From assembly GCA_019752125.1 (NCBI GenBank), contig JAIEMM010000012.1:3437-67436 (forward strand): DNA of 64,000 nucleotides, given 5' to 3'. The notes beneath the pieces were generated by a model, which was not told where the DNA came from, ran no database searches, and was given only the letters and a program-made list of their open reading frames with translations. Origin of the DNA: Patescibacteria group bacterium. Lineage in GTDB: Bacteria > Patescibacteriota > Minisyncoccia > Phycocordibacterales > SBAW01. Of the stretch, positions 20,379-29,031 are shown piece by piece; within the stretch, counting starts at the first letter, position 1; each line of letters begins with the position of its first letter. Made by a program: the position numbers and the translations under genes.

Positions 20379-21047
20379 ATGTCTAAAGTAGTAAATCCAT
20401 TTGCACATCGTTTGGGAATCATCCATGACTGGCGTCATCGCTGGTTTGCGACGGGCCCTAAATTTCAGGAATATCTGAAAGCGGACATTCTCCTGCGCCA
20501 GTTTTTGCAGAAGGAGCTTCGCGGTATGTACATTGGTGGTATTGAGCTTGAACGCAATGACAAGACTCTCCGCGTCAAGATCTCAACCTCACGCCCAGGC
20601 GTTATCATTGGCCGCTCAGGTGAAGGTTCTACTAAGTTGAAGAACAAGATCACTGAATTTTTGACACGTCACAAATTAAACGCGCCTGAGATCAAACTCG
20701 ATATCGAAGAAATCCGCTCTCCTGAAAGCAACGCAGCTATCGTTGCGTATATGATCGCAGAGGGTCTCGAGAAACGCCTCCCATTCCGCCGTGTGTTGAA
20801 ACAAACAGTTGAGAAGGTGATGGCAAACCGCGATGTTAAGGGTGTTCGTATCGCTCTTGGCGGCATGCTCGGCGGTGGTTCTATGTCCCGCACTGAAGAG
20901 CTCAAGAAGGGTCGCGTACCACTCCAGACCTTCCGTTCAAACATCGACTACGCAAAGGAGCGCGCAAACCTTCCACTCGGCGTCATCGGTATCAAAGTAT
21001 GGATCTACAAAGGCGAAGTCTTTGCTGACAAGGCAAAAGAAAAATAA
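20379..21047 (+). CDS. rpsC: 30S ribosomal protein S3
   Basis: VNPFAHRLG, RPGVIIGR, GRVPLQT, GVIGIKVWI. Confidence 0.98.
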   Translation: MSKVVNPFAHRLGIIHDWRHRWFATGPKFQEYLKADILLRQFLQKELRGMYIGGIELERNDKTLRVKISTSRPGVIIGRSGEGSTKLKNKITEFLTRHKLNAPEIKLDIEEIRSPESNAAIVAYMIAEGLEKRLPFRRVLKQTVEKVMANRDVKGVRIALGGMLGGGSMSRTEELKKGRVPLQTFRSNIDYAKERANLPLGVIGIKVWIYKGEVFADKAKEK

Positions 21048-21050
21048 TTT

Positions 21051-21473
21051 ATGTTGTTTCCTAAAAAAGTAAAATTTAGAAAGTCTCACACGATGCGTCG
21101 CAATCCTAAACGCGAGATGGTTGCTTCTCGTGGTGCAACGATTGCCTTTGGCAGCCATGGTTTGAAGGCTACAACTGCTGCACGCGTTCGCTCAAACCAG
21201 ATCGAAAGCGCCCGCAAAGTTATCGCTCGCTCACTCGGTAAGACAGGTAAGTCATGGGTCCGCATCTTCCCCGATAAGCCATACACTCAAAAGCCGGCTG
21301 AAGTTAAGCTCGGTAAAGGTAAGGGAGATCCAGTTGGATACGAGGTCCAGATTTGGCCAGGCCGCATTTTGTTTGAAGTCGATGGCGTAGACGCAAAGCT
21401 TGCAACTACAGCGCTTATCAGCGCTTCAAAGAAGCTTCCGCTTAAGGCAAAAGTCGTAACACGCACCCACTAA
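21051..21473 (+). CDS. rplP: 50S ribosomal protein L16
   Basis: PKKVKFRK, QIESAR, RIFPDKP, GKGKG. Confidence 0.98.
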   Translation: MLFPKKVKFRKSHTMRRNPKREMVASRGATIAFGSHGLKATTAARVRSNQIESARKVIARSLGKTGKSWVRIFPDKPYTQKPAEVKLGKGKGDPVGYEVQIWPGRILFEVDGVDAKLATTALISASKKLPLKAKVVTRTH

Positions 21474-21479
21474 ATCTAT

Positions 21480-21674
21480 ATGGCAAAGAAAACATCAATA
21501 AAAAATCATTCTGTCGAAGATTTGAACCGCCTTGTCAAAGACAAGCGTGAAGAACTCCGTACCTTGCGCTTTTCGGTCGCAGGTAGTAAAAATCGTAATG
21601 TGAAGCAGAGCAGAACGCTCCGCAAGGACGTTGCGCGCGCCCTCACGGCAATAAACGCTCACAAGAACGCATAA
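21480..21674 (+). CDS. rpmC: 50S ribosomal protein L29
   Basis: Position between rplP and rpsQ; ELRTLRF...LRKDVARALT. Confidence 0.92.
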   Translation: MAKKTSIKNHSVEDLNRLVKDKREELRTLRFSVAGSKNRNVKQSRTLRKDVARALTAINAHKNA

Positions 21675-21679
21675 CCTAT

Positions 21680-21931
21680 ATGGAAACCACTACACAAAAA
21701 AACATCAAAACCCTCCGAGGCGTTGTTACTTCGGACAAGATGCAGGAAACTGCGGTGGTTTCCGTGCAGCGCTATGTAAAGCACCCTAAATACAAGAAGT
21801 TCTTGAAGCAACATAAAAAGTACCACGTGCACAATCCGGGCAACCGCGCAAAGGAAGGCGAGAAAGTCGTCATCCGCTCATGCCGCCCACTTTCCAAGAC
21901 CAAATCGTTTGAAATCGTATTTGAGAATTAA
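21680..21931 (+). CDS. rpsQ: 30S ribosomal protein S17
   Basis: GVVTSDKMQET, HPKYKK, CRPLSKTK. Confidence 0.97.
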   Translation: METTTQKNIKTLRGVVTSDKMQETAVVSVQRYVKHPKYKKFLKQHKKYHVHNPGNRAKEGEKVVIRSCRPLSKTKSFEIVFEN

Positions 21932-21934
21932 TTT

Positions 21935-22315
21935 ATGATCCAAGACCGCTCACTCGTTGTTGTTGCAGATAATTCAGGCGCCAAGATTGGCCGCATTTTC
22001 AAGATTCCTGGATCTTCTAAGAAGCGTTATGCGCAGATAGGGGAGATTGTTGTCTTGTCTGTACAGACAGCTGAACCTCGCAAGGCAGTTAAAAAGAAAG
22101 ACATCCTCAAGGGTGTTGTTGTTCGCCAGCGCCAGCCATTCCGCCGCAAAGATGGTTCGTACATCCGTTTTGATGAAAACGCAGTTGTTATCATCGAAGG
22201 CACAGGCAAGAACCCTAAAGAACCAAAAGCAGGACGCATCTTCGGTCCTATCCCACGCGAACTCCAGGAGCTCGGGTACCAGACAATCATCTCCCGTGCG
22301 CCGGAAGTCGTGTAA
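21935..22315 (+). CDS. rplN: 50S ribosomal protein L14
   Basis: VADNSGAK, DGSYIRFDENA, RIFGPIPREL. Confidence 0.98.
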   Translation: MIQDRSLVVVADNSGAKIGRIFKIPGSSKKRYAQIGEIVVLSVQTAEPRKAVKKKDILKGVVVRQRQPFRRKDGSYIRFDENAVVIIEGTGKNPKEPKAGRIFGPIPRELQELGYQTIISRAPEVV

Positions 22316-22347
22316 AAATTTATTTTTACACCAATAAAAAGAATTTT

Positions 22348-22575
22348 ATGAATACATTACACATCAAGAAAGGCGATACCGTGGTAGTCCTATCAGGTAA
22401 CCACAAGGGCAAGTCTGGCAAAATCGTTAAGGCTTTCCCAAAGACCGGCATGGTATTGGTAGAAGGCATCGGCATGCACAAGAAGCATCAGAAGGCTCGC
22501 CGCGAAGGTCAGCAAGGACAGATAGTCGACAAGCACCACCCAATTGCCGCAAGCAAAGTAGCGAAGAAGAAATAA
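22348..22575 (+). CDS. rplX: 50S ribosomal protein L24 (short)
   Basis: HIKKGDTVVVLSG..KGKSG KOW motif; PIAASKV. Confidence 0.95.
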   Translation: MNTLHIKKGDTVVVLSGNHKGKSGKIVKAFPKTGMVLVEGIGMHKKHQKARREGQQGQIVDKHHPIAASKVAKKK

Positions 22576-22578
22576 TAT

Positions 22579-23115
22579 ATGGCTAACCTCATTCAGGAAC
22601 AACAGAAAACTGTTTTCAATGACCTCAAAAAAGAATTTGAGTGGGCTAACGTCATGCAAGTTCCAAAAATTCAAAAAGTAGTTGTTTCAGTTGGTATTGG
22701 TTCAACTAAAGACAAAAACAAAATTAAGCTTATCGCAGAACGCTTGGCTACTATTACGGGCCAGAAGCCAGCAACTCGTATCACAAAGAAGGCTATTGCG
22801 TCGTACAAGACTCGCGTTGGTGATACTGTTGGCTACCAAGTAACACTCCGCGGTATTCGTGCACAGAATTTCTTGAACCGCTTGCTCCACATCGCGCTTC
22901 CTCGTACGAAAGACTTTAAGGGTATCCCAGCAAACTCAGTCGACGAGATGGGTAACTACACTCTTGGTATCAAAGAACACAGTGTGTTCCCTGAAACTGC
23001 AGACGAAGAACTCAAGGATATCTTCGGAATGGCTATCACTGTCGTTACTACTGCAAAGAACAAAGCAGAAGCAAAAGCATACCTCACACACCTCGGTTTT
23101 CCCTTCAAGAAATAA
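22579..23115 (+). CDS. rplE: 50S ribosomal protein L5
   Basis: NVMQVPKIQK, ITGQKP, VTLRG, ALPRTKDF, GNYTLGIKE. Confidence 0.98.
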   Translation: MANLIQEQQKTVFNDLKKEFEWANVMQVPKIQKVVVSVGIGSTKDKNKIKLIAERLATITGQKPATRITKKAIASYKTRVGDTVGYQVTLRGIRAQNFLNRLLHIALPRTKDFKGIPANSVDEMGNYTLGIKEHSVFPETADEELKDIFGMAITVVTTAKNKAEAKAYLTHLGFPFKK

Positions 23116-23135
23116 TTTTTAAGAAATATGAAATT

Positions 23136-23162
23136 GGCCCCATGCGGGGCCTTTTTCTTTTT
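23136..23162 (+). terminator. terminator after rplE
   Basis: GGCCCC-ATGC-GGGGCC-TTTTTCTTTTT. Confidence 0.8.
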
Positions 23163-23246
23163 ATAAATCTACCTTGCTTTATGTTCCACAATTAGGCATA
23201 TTTCCTTTAGAGTTTTCGAGTACACCGTCCACACGAGGAGGATTCC

Positions 23247-23870
23247 ATGGACGTACATCATGAGCCTAAGCGGGCAGCGTTGAGTTCATATGGAGGAGGT
23301 GGAATAAGCCTCAACGGCCTGAACCGCGCGGAAGAGGATATCCTTGAAGGCGCATTCAGGACTGGCCACCACTGGGTCCGTATGGGGCAGAATGGCCGCA
23401 TCGAGCACACACCATCTTTCAATGCCTTGCCGAGTCCGGCTGACGATGACCGTATGCTCCCGTTTTGGAGGGAGGGTGAGAAAAAACCTCCTGTCCAACT
23501 GGAACTGTTCAGCCACGCTGAAACTGGTGACCAGCGCCTACACTCGAGTCGCTCATTCACCATCCAGCACCTGTGCGGCTACGGCTACACGCCGGAGAAG
23601 TACAAGGCGCAAGCTGCCCTCCTTGAGAGTTGGGGGTTCGAGTGTCTACGTTCCCGCCGGGGCAAGACTGGAGAGTTCTGGGAAATCTGGTTCTTGCCTG
23701 GTGTTTGGGCCGCCAAGGGCAGTCTAAAAACGGCAGTGCATCGACTCCCACAGAAAGAGCGGAACGAAGAGACTCAAGCAAAGCTTGCACTTGAATTTAT
23801 CCGTCGTAACGCAAGCTTCGGCACCTTGGACGTATCGGTTCAGCGTCTTGCCCAAGTGCTGGACGACTAA
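23247..23870 (+). CDS. hypothetical protein (array cassette 1)
   Basis: 207-aa ORF, strong SD GAGGAGG, GC-richer than its AT-rich flanks. Confidence 0.8.
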   Translation: MDVHHEPKRAALSSYGGGGISLNGLNRAEEDILEGAFRTGHHWVRMGQNGRIEHTPSFNALPSPADDDRMLPFWREGEKKPPVQLELFSHAETGDQRLHSSRSFTIQHLCGYGYTPEKYKAQAALLESWGFECLRSRRGKTGEFWEIWFLPGVWAAKGSLKTAVHRLPQKERNEETQAKLALEFIRRNASFGTLDVSVQRLAQVLDD

Positions 23871-23880
23871 CATTCACGTG

Positions 23881-23946
23881 GCGACCCCGCAAGGGCCGCC
23901 CTTTTTCTTTTGACAAAGAAGTAGTGGGTAGGTAGGGTGGTTTCAG
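23881..23946 (+). repeat. cassette spacer copy A (hairpin + promoter)
   Basis: 23894-23946 identical over 53 bp to 24334-24386; TTGACA-17-TAGGGT. Confidence 0.92.
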
Positions 23947-23969
23947 ACTGCAACGTAAGGAGGTTCAAC

Positions 23970-24314
23970 ATGTCCGACTGGCTCGATCAGCTCCCATTAT
24001 TGCCCAAAAGTAAGGGGCGGTTGGAACATAAGGAGAGTTGGCCTGAAAAGCTGGCGCTTCAGGTGTTCGATCGGAAAGTACCTACCGACCAAAGGACCCA
24101 CGGTAACGCACTTTTCCAGATCCGCTCCGTGCTCGACCCTGTCACCGTGCAGGAAGACATCACCCACGTAAGGTCGTCAGCCCCTTTGCCTTTCTCGGAG
24201 CGCGATCAGCAGGTGTTCCTTGCGGTAATCCAATGGCTCGGCACTAATATTGGCCGAGGCTTCATGAGCGACTTTCAAAAGCAGCTGGACTCTGAATTTG
24301 AGCGTCGGCGTTAA
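23970..24314 (+). CDS. hypothetical protein (array cassette 2)
   Basis: SD AAGGAGG; C-terminal VIQWLGTNIGRGF. Confidence 0.8.
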   Translation: MSDWLDQLPLLPKSKGRLEHKESWPEKLALQVFDRKVPTDQRTHGNALFQIRSVLDPVTVQEDITHVRSSAPLPFSERDQQVFLAVIQWLGTNIGRGFMSDFQKQLDSEFERRR

Positions 24315-24321
24315 TGTAAGA

Positions 24322-24386
24322 GCGACCCATCCAGGCCGCCCTTTTTCTTTTGACAAAGAAGTAGTGGGTAGGTAGGGTGGTTTCAG
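24322..24386 (+). repeat. cassette spacer copy B
   Basis: 53-bp identity with copy A, 440 bp apart. Confidence 0.92.
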
Positions 24387-24409
24387 TTGATCAACGAAAG
24401 GGGCTAGTT

Positions 24410-25045
24410 ATGCTCAGCATAGAGGAAAGATTTGTCGGAGCGTACATGTATGCGCTCAGTGAGGCGCTCATGCAGACGCGCGTAAAGGCTGTTGTGGACA
24501 CGGAAGCATCCGCGCTCTTCACTTTGGTAAAGTCGATTACGAATGGCGGTCTCACAAGCAAAAAGAAGCCTCACTCGCTCATTGAGCTACCCATCATTTT
24601 TGCTCTTCGCTTCCAGCGTGACCCCACAATGCGTACGCAGTTTGTGAAACACCAATTTCTTGAGTGTTCGAGGCAGGAGAAACGGAATGCACATGACCGT
24701 GCAATTCTCCGTAGTGCGTATCTGGCTGAGTTGCTTGAGGGTAGGGGTTCGAAAGGTGTCCAAGATTTCGTTCTTCGGAGCTACAGCACCGGCGTGCTCT
24801 TTACGACGGATGTCGGCGGGTTAGCGAAGGACGGGTTCTTCTTCCCTCTACCGGGCGGTGAGAAATCGATCTTTCCTTTTGTGCCGGGGGACGCACGTAT
24901 GTTCACCGCGGCATGCTTTGGGGCGCTCTACGGTCCAAAGAAGCTTACCTTTGCGGACTGGCAGGAAAAGCTGATCGAGAATCACTCCGGAATCAAGGAT
25001 CTCGGCCGCATGCTCTTCAGGGCAGCTTATGGTTACGAGGTCTAG
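24410..25045 (+). CDS. hypothetical protein, possibly degenerate ADP-ribosylglycohydrolase fold (array cassette 3)
   Basis: IEERFVGA...EAL N-terminus and GD...AACFGALYG...W...L C-terminus resemble ARH/DraG ends. Confidence 0.6.
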   Translation: MLSIEERFVGAYMYALSEALMQTRVKAVVDTEASALFTLVKSITNGGLTSKKKPHSLIELPIIFALRFQRDPTMRTQFVKHQFLECSRQEKRNAHDRAILRSAYLAELLEGRGSKGVQDFVLRSYSTGVLFTTDVGGLAKDGFFFPLPGGEKSIFPFVPGDARMFTAACFGALYGPKKLTFADWQEKLIENHSGIKDLGRMLFRAAYGYEV

Positions 25046-25053
25046 AACGATAC

Positions 25054-25110
25054 AGGCGACCCATCCGGGCCGCCTTTTTCTTTTGCAATAAATTTTTTGG
25101 GTGGTATGGT
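25054..25110 (+). repeat. cassette spacer copy C
   Basis: GGCGACCCATCCGGGCCGCCTTTTTCTTTTG then TTGCAA...TGG-TATGGT. Confidence 0.8.
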
Positions 25111-25167
25111 TGGCGCGGTTTGCCTCTCGCCAGAAAGGAGGGGTTAGTTCTACGTCAGGAGACCGTT

Positions 25168-26028
25168 ATGTCCAAGTCAACCGTTCTGCGTCATCCTTTG
25201 GCAGCACAGGGTGCTGTAATTCACGATGTTAGGAACTTTAAACACTGGGTCTCACTCTGGGATGAAATGTGGAAAAAGACTCCCGTCCAGAGCGAGTATG
25301 CAGAAGGTCTGCTACACGCAATCTTCAGCCCCACCCATACGATTTCTGAGCTTCGGGAAGTGTTCCATATCTGCGCCGTCCTTGCTGATGGACACAACTG
25401 TGAACGCTATTTCGTTGCGGAAGGGGAGAAGTACGGTGACTTTAGTCTTGCAGACATCGATTCGCCGCATTTGAACTACCATCCTCGTTGCAACTTGGCT
25501 CGGCGGGCATGGAGGGAGCTCTGCAACAACATGTTTGTCAGAGACACCTACAAGTCCCAATACACGTTGGCTCAGCTCTACGACTTCAGTCAGGGGATGG
25601 AGCCAAATGTGGTCGCGGAGGACATGCTCAGGCTGTTCCATCCTTCGCCTCCATATATGACTTCTCCAGACCATAGAAACTTCTACGGCAATACCAAGGA
25701 GGCGGGGAAGCACATCGAGACCTTTAAGCGTTTCCTGCGAGAGCTGTGGTGCCTGCATGATCCTGAGCGAGTGCCTAAGTATCTGCGTGAGCTGAGGGTG
25801 CGTTCCATCCCACATCTCGTCTGGTCGGGTATGGCCCCGGAGCTCATGAGGGACACTCCGGAAGTCTCTATGGAGGATGAGAATTGGCCTTACGATGAAA
25901 TCCTTGAGTATCTCAAGAGCAGGATTGCGTTCGGCGCGAAGGGCTTGTTGTCCAAGCAGCTTGCCAGCGGATCAGAGCTGACGATGCTCTATATCCAGTT
26001 CACTGCTCGTCGGAAGCTGCACAAGTAG
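25168..26028 (+). CDS. hypothetical protein (array cassette 4)
   Basis: SD AGGAG before ATG 25168; long open frame. Confidence 0.8.
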   Translation: MSKSTVLRHPLAAQGAVIHDVRNFKHWVSLWDEMWKKTPVQSEYAEGLLHAIFSPTHTISELREVFHICAVLADGHNCERYFVAEGEKYGDFSLADIDSPHLNYHPRCNLARRAWRELCNNMFVRDTYKSQYTLAQLYDFSQGMEPNVVAEDMLRLFHPSPPYMTSPDHRNFYGNTKEAGKHIETFKRFLRELWCLHDPERVPKYLRELRVRSIPHLVWSGMAPELMRDTPEVSMEDENWPYDEILEYLKSRIAFGAKGLLSKQLASGSELTMLYIQFTARRKLHK

Positions 26029-26042
26029 CGACCGTCGATGCG

Positions 26043-26076
26043 GGCGGCCCCAAAAAGGCCGCCTTTTTCTTTTGCA
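26043..26076 (+). repeat. cassette spacer copy D
   Basis: GGCGGCC-CCAAAAA-GGCCGCC-TTTTTCTTTTGCAA. Confidence 0.75.
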
Positions 26077-26126
26077 AATCGAAATTTTAGAAATATTTCA
26101 GTACTCATTTTGCTATTCTCGTCAGA

Positions 26127-26193
26127 GCTGGCAGCACGGTGCGGCACAGGATTGCTAATCCAGGCGTCGAAGGTTCGAGTCCTTCTGCCAGCG
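26127..26193 (+). ncRNA. tRNA-like element (GCT anticodon loop, reduced D-arm, short variable loop)
   Basis: Acceptor GCTGGCA/TGCCAGC+G, T-arm GAAGG-TTCGAGT-CCTTC, anticodon arm GGA-TTGCTAA-TCC; only 13 nt in the D region. Confidence 0.7.
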
Positions 26194-26263
26194 TACGTTG
26201 ACCTTAGTAGCTTTGCGGAAGTATCATTACTAACGAGGATAATCCTCTGGCGCTGGCAGAAAC

Positions 26264-26290
26264 AAAACCCCCGTTTGAGCGGGGGTTTTT
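26264..26290 (+). terminator. terminator of the tRNA-like transcript
   Basis: AAAACCCCCG-TTTGAG-CGGGGGTTTTT. Confidence 0.85.
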
Positions 26291-26318
26291 GTTTTATATG
26301 GCGGAGTATAGAATTTGT

Positions 26319-26347
26319 TTGACTTCCAGGGTGGGGTCAAGTATATT
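26319..26347 (+). promoter_or_regulatory. promoter of the rpsN-secY segment
   Basis: TTGACT-17-TATATT. Confidence 0.65.
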
Positions 26348-26421
26348 GCTTGAAGCCCATCAGGGCTCCTTTTTTCTGTAAGGTGCCGCTTAGTCGCAAG
26401 GCGAGGCATACCCCCAGAATC

Positions 26422-26442
26422 ATCCTTCGACAGGCTCAGGAT
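26422..26442. repeat. short REP-like hairpin
   Basis: ATCCTTCGACAGGCTCAGGAT; related to CCCCTCGACTTCGCTCGGGG at 51877. Confidence 0.6.
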
Positions 26443-26493
26443 AAATAACCAGAGCTCGATCGGAGAAAAGATAAAGAAAGGGATACTATATCC

Positions 26494-26679
26494 ATGGCAA
26501 AGAAATCTACAGTCGCACGCTCAAACAAGACCCCGAAGTTTAAGTCGAGGGTCGTTCGCCGTTGCTTCCGCTGTGGTCGCAAGCGCGCCTTTATGCGTGA
26601 CTTCGGTATGTGCCGCGCTTGCTTCCGTGAAGCAGCCAACGAAGGTCTTATTCCGGGCGTCCGCAAATCATCTTGGTAA
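26494..26679 (+). CDS. rpsN: 30S ribosomal protein S14, zinc-binding type Z
   Basis: 61 aa; RCFRCGR...CRACFRE...PGVRKSSW. Confidence 0.97.
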   Translation: MAKKSTVARSNKTPKFKSRVVRRCFRCGRKRAFMRDFGMCRACFREAANEGLIPGVRKSSW

Positions 26680-26682
26680 TTT

Positions 26683-27072
26683 ATGTTAATGGACCCAATC
26701 TCAGATTTCATAATTCGTATCCAAAACGCTTCTCGCGCAAAGCTTAGTGTTGTCTCTTTGCCGTACTCAAATATGAAAGAGGCAATTGCTGAAGTTCTCG
26801 AGCAAGAAGGCTACATCACAGGAATCGACAAGAAGGCAAAGAAAGAAGGCGTGCTCTCAGTTACCCTTGCATACAAAGATGGTGTGCCAGTCGTACAGGG
26901 AGTAAAGCGCATCTCTAAACCATCACGTCGCCTTTATGTTGGTGTTCGCGATATCAAGCCAGTTAAACGCGGATATGGTGCAGTTGTCCTTTCAACTCCA
27001 GCAGGTGTTATGAGCGGCAAGCAGGCCAAGATCAAGAATGTTGGCGGCGAAATCCTTTTCGAAATCTGGTAA
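26683..27072 (+). CDS. rpsH: 30S ribosomal protein S8
   Basis: DPISDFIIRIQNA, RISKPSRRLY, LSTPAG, GGEIL. Confidence 0.98.
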   Translation: MLMDPISDFIIRIQNASRAKLSVVSLPYSNMKEAIAEVLEQEGYITGIDKKAKKEGVLSVTLAYKDGVPVVQGVKRISKPSRRLYVGVRDIKPVKRGYGAVVLSTPAGVMSGKQAKIKNVGGEILFEIW

Positions 27073-27085
27073 TTCTGAAATTTAT

Positions 27086-27619
27086 ATGTCACGTCTTGCA
27101 AAACAACCAATCGCGATACCGCCTAAAGCTGAAATTTCTATTTCAGATAATTCTATCGTGGTAAAAGGACCAAAAGGCACACTTACAAAGCCTACACACC
27201 GCCTCGTAAGCGTTGAGGTTGTGCCTGAAGGTGTGCAGGTTGCTGTCCGCGGTACTTCGCTTGAGGGCAAGGCACTTGTCGGCACCTACGCATCGCATGT
27301 CAAAAATATGTTCAAGGGCGTTACTGAAGGCTACACAAAGAAGCTTTTGATCGAAGGTGTCGGCTACAAGTGGGATGTCGCAGGAACAAAGCTCAACCTT
27401 GCGCTTGGCTTCTCGCACCCAGTTCATGTAGAAATCCCTGCAGGTCTTACGGTTAAAGCAGACAAGGGTGCCCTCACAATTGAAGGTCATGACAAAGAAG
27501 AGGTTGGACAATTTGCCGCAAACATCCGTGCGATGAAGAAGCCAGAGCCGTACAAAGGCAAGGGCATCCGCTACGATGGGGAAGTTATCCGCCGCAAGCA
27601 AGGTAAGAAAGCCGCATAA
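27086..27619 (+). CDS. rplF: 50S ribosomal protein L6
   Basis: [31 protein letters not shown]. Confidence 0.98.
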   Translation: MSRLAKQPIAIPPKAEISISDNSIVVKGPKGTLTKPTHRLVSVEVVPEGVQVAVRGTSLEGKALVGTYASHVKNMFKGVTEGYTKKLLIEGVGYKWDVAGTKLNLALGFSHPVHVEIPAGLTVKADKGALTIEGHDKEEVGQFAANIRAMKKPEPYKGKGIRYDGEVIRRKQGKKAA

Positions 27620-27624
27620 ACTAT

Positions 27625-27930
27625 ATGGATACTAATCGGCAACGCCGCCACAACCGAATACGCGCAAAAGTTAAGGGTACTCCTGAACGCCCACGCCTGT
27701 GTGTGTACAAATCGAACAAGTACCTCGAAGCGCAAATCATCGATGATGTTAGCGGCCGCACCTTGGTCGCAGGCAAAATGGATGATGCCCAGAAGTTGGG
27801 CACAGAACTTGCTAAGAAGGCAAAAGCAGCCGGTATTACCAAGGTTGTGTTCGATCGCGGAGGTTTCCGCTATACTGGCGCAGTTGCAACACTTGCTGAT
27901 GCGGCACGAACGGGAGGTCTGGAATTTTAA
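27625..27930 (+). CDS. rplR: 50S ribosomal protein L18
   Basis: [27 protein letters not shown]. Confidence 0.97.
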   Translation: MDTNRQRRHNRIRAKVKGTPERPRLCVYKSNKYLEAQIIDDVSGRTLVAGKMDDAQKLGTELAKKAKAAGITKVVFDRGGFRYTGAVATLADAARTGGLEF

Positions 27931-27965
27931 AGAAAATTTGAAGTTTACGAAGATAAATTAAAAAG

Positions 27966-28571
27966 ATGGCTGAATTAGAACAAAACGTCACAGAAACACC
28001 AGAAGTAGCTACTGAAGAAGCAGTGGCTGTTGACGCTACGTCTGCACCTGCAGAAACCTCTCCTGCTCGTGCTCCTCGTGGCCGTGGTGGTCGTCCTGAG
28101 CGTGGTGGTCGCCGCCCATCAAGCCGCCCTCCTCGTCCAAAAAGCGAATTTGATCAGCGCATGATCAATATCCGCCGCGTTGCCCGCGTTGTTGCAGGTG
28201 GCCGCCGCTTCTCTTTCAGCGTTGCTATCATTTTGGGTAACAAGAAAGGAAAAGTTGGCGTAGGTCTCGGCAAGGCAGGGGACACAACACTCGCTATTGA
28301 AAAAGCAGTTCGCGATGCAAAGAAAAACATGATCACTGTGCATCTTACGAAGGACAGCTCTATTGCACACGAAGTCTCAGCAAAATACTGTGCCGCACGC
28401 GTTTCAATGATGCCAGCAAGCGGCCGTGGGTTGGTTGCAGGTTCATCGGTTCGCCCAGTGCTTGAGCTTGCCGGTGTTACTAACACGGTTGCAAAGATCC
28501 ACTCAGGTAGCAAAAACGGTCTTAACAATGCACGCGCCGCAGTCGAGGCGCTTCGTAAGCTCAAAGCCTAA
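27966..28571 (+). CDS. rpsE: 30S ribosomal protein S5
   Basis: RVARVVAGGRRFSF, VGVGLGKA, GLVAG..VRPVLELAG. Confidence 0.98.
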   Translation: MAELEQNVTETPEVATEEAVAVDATSAPAETSPARAPRGRGGRPERGGRRPSSRPPRPKSEFDQRMINIRRVARVVAGGRRFSFSVAIILGNKKGKVGVGLGKAGDTTLAIEKAVRDAKKNMITVHLTKDSSIAHEVSAKYCAARVSMMPASGRGLVAGSSVRPVLELAGVTNTVAKIHSGSKNGLNNARAAVEALRKLKA

Positions 28572-28579
28572 ATACCAAC

Positions 28580-29020
28580 ATGCAACTTCACGAACTTAAA
28601 CGCAAAACTGAAAATAAGGAAACCAAAAAGGTTGGCCGTGGTGGGTCCAGGGGTAAGACCTCTGGCCGTGGTACTAAGGGTCAGAACGCACGCGCAGGTC
28701 ACAAGAAGCGCCCAGAAATCCGCGAAATCTTGAAGAAGCTTCCTAAGCGCCGCGGTCGTGGTATCGCAGGTCTTGTCAGCATCAAAAACAAGCCGTCAGT
28801 TGTAAATGTCTCATCTATCGAGAAAGCATTTACAGCAGGGGAGACCATTACAGCAAAGTTGTTGCTTGAACATGGTATCGTACGTGGACGCAAGGGTGTC
28901 ACTCCAGTAGTAAAGATTTTGGGCGACGGTGAGCTCACAAAGAAGTTCACGTTCTCAGGTCTCGTTGTTTCAGCATCTGCAAAAGAAAAAATAGAAAAAG
29001 CCGGAGGTTCGATCGCATAA
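28580..29020 (+). CDS. rplO: 50S ribosomal protein L15
   Basis: VGRG..RGKTSGRGTKGQNAR, VKILGDG, KIEKAGG. Confidence 0.98.
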   Translation: MQLHELKRKTENKETKKVGRGGSRGKTSGRGTKGQNARAGHKKRPEIREILKKLPKRRGRGIAGLVSIKNKPSVVNVSSIEKAFTAGETITAKLLLEHGIVRGRKGVTPVVKILGDGELTKKFTFSGLVVSASAKEKIEKAGGSIA

Positions 29021-29031
29021 ATACATACTAT

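Noticed and set aside
24913-25167. Extended start of the 371-aa ORF
   Set aside because: It crosses the previous gene and the spacer terminator; the SD supports ATG 25168.
23881-26076. CRISPR array or classical integron attC sites
   Set aside because: Spacing is gene-sized, and there are no cas genes, no RYYYAAC/GTTRRRY ends and no IntI in the window.
26127-26193. Ordinary functional tRNA-Ser or an att duplicate of the 54504 tRNA
   Set aside because: It lacks a normal D-arm and the long variable arm, and its stems do not match the 54504 tRNA sequence.
28571-28580. Missing rpmD as an assembly error
   Set aside because: rpsE and rplO are cleanly adjacent, and loss of uL30 is established for CPR.
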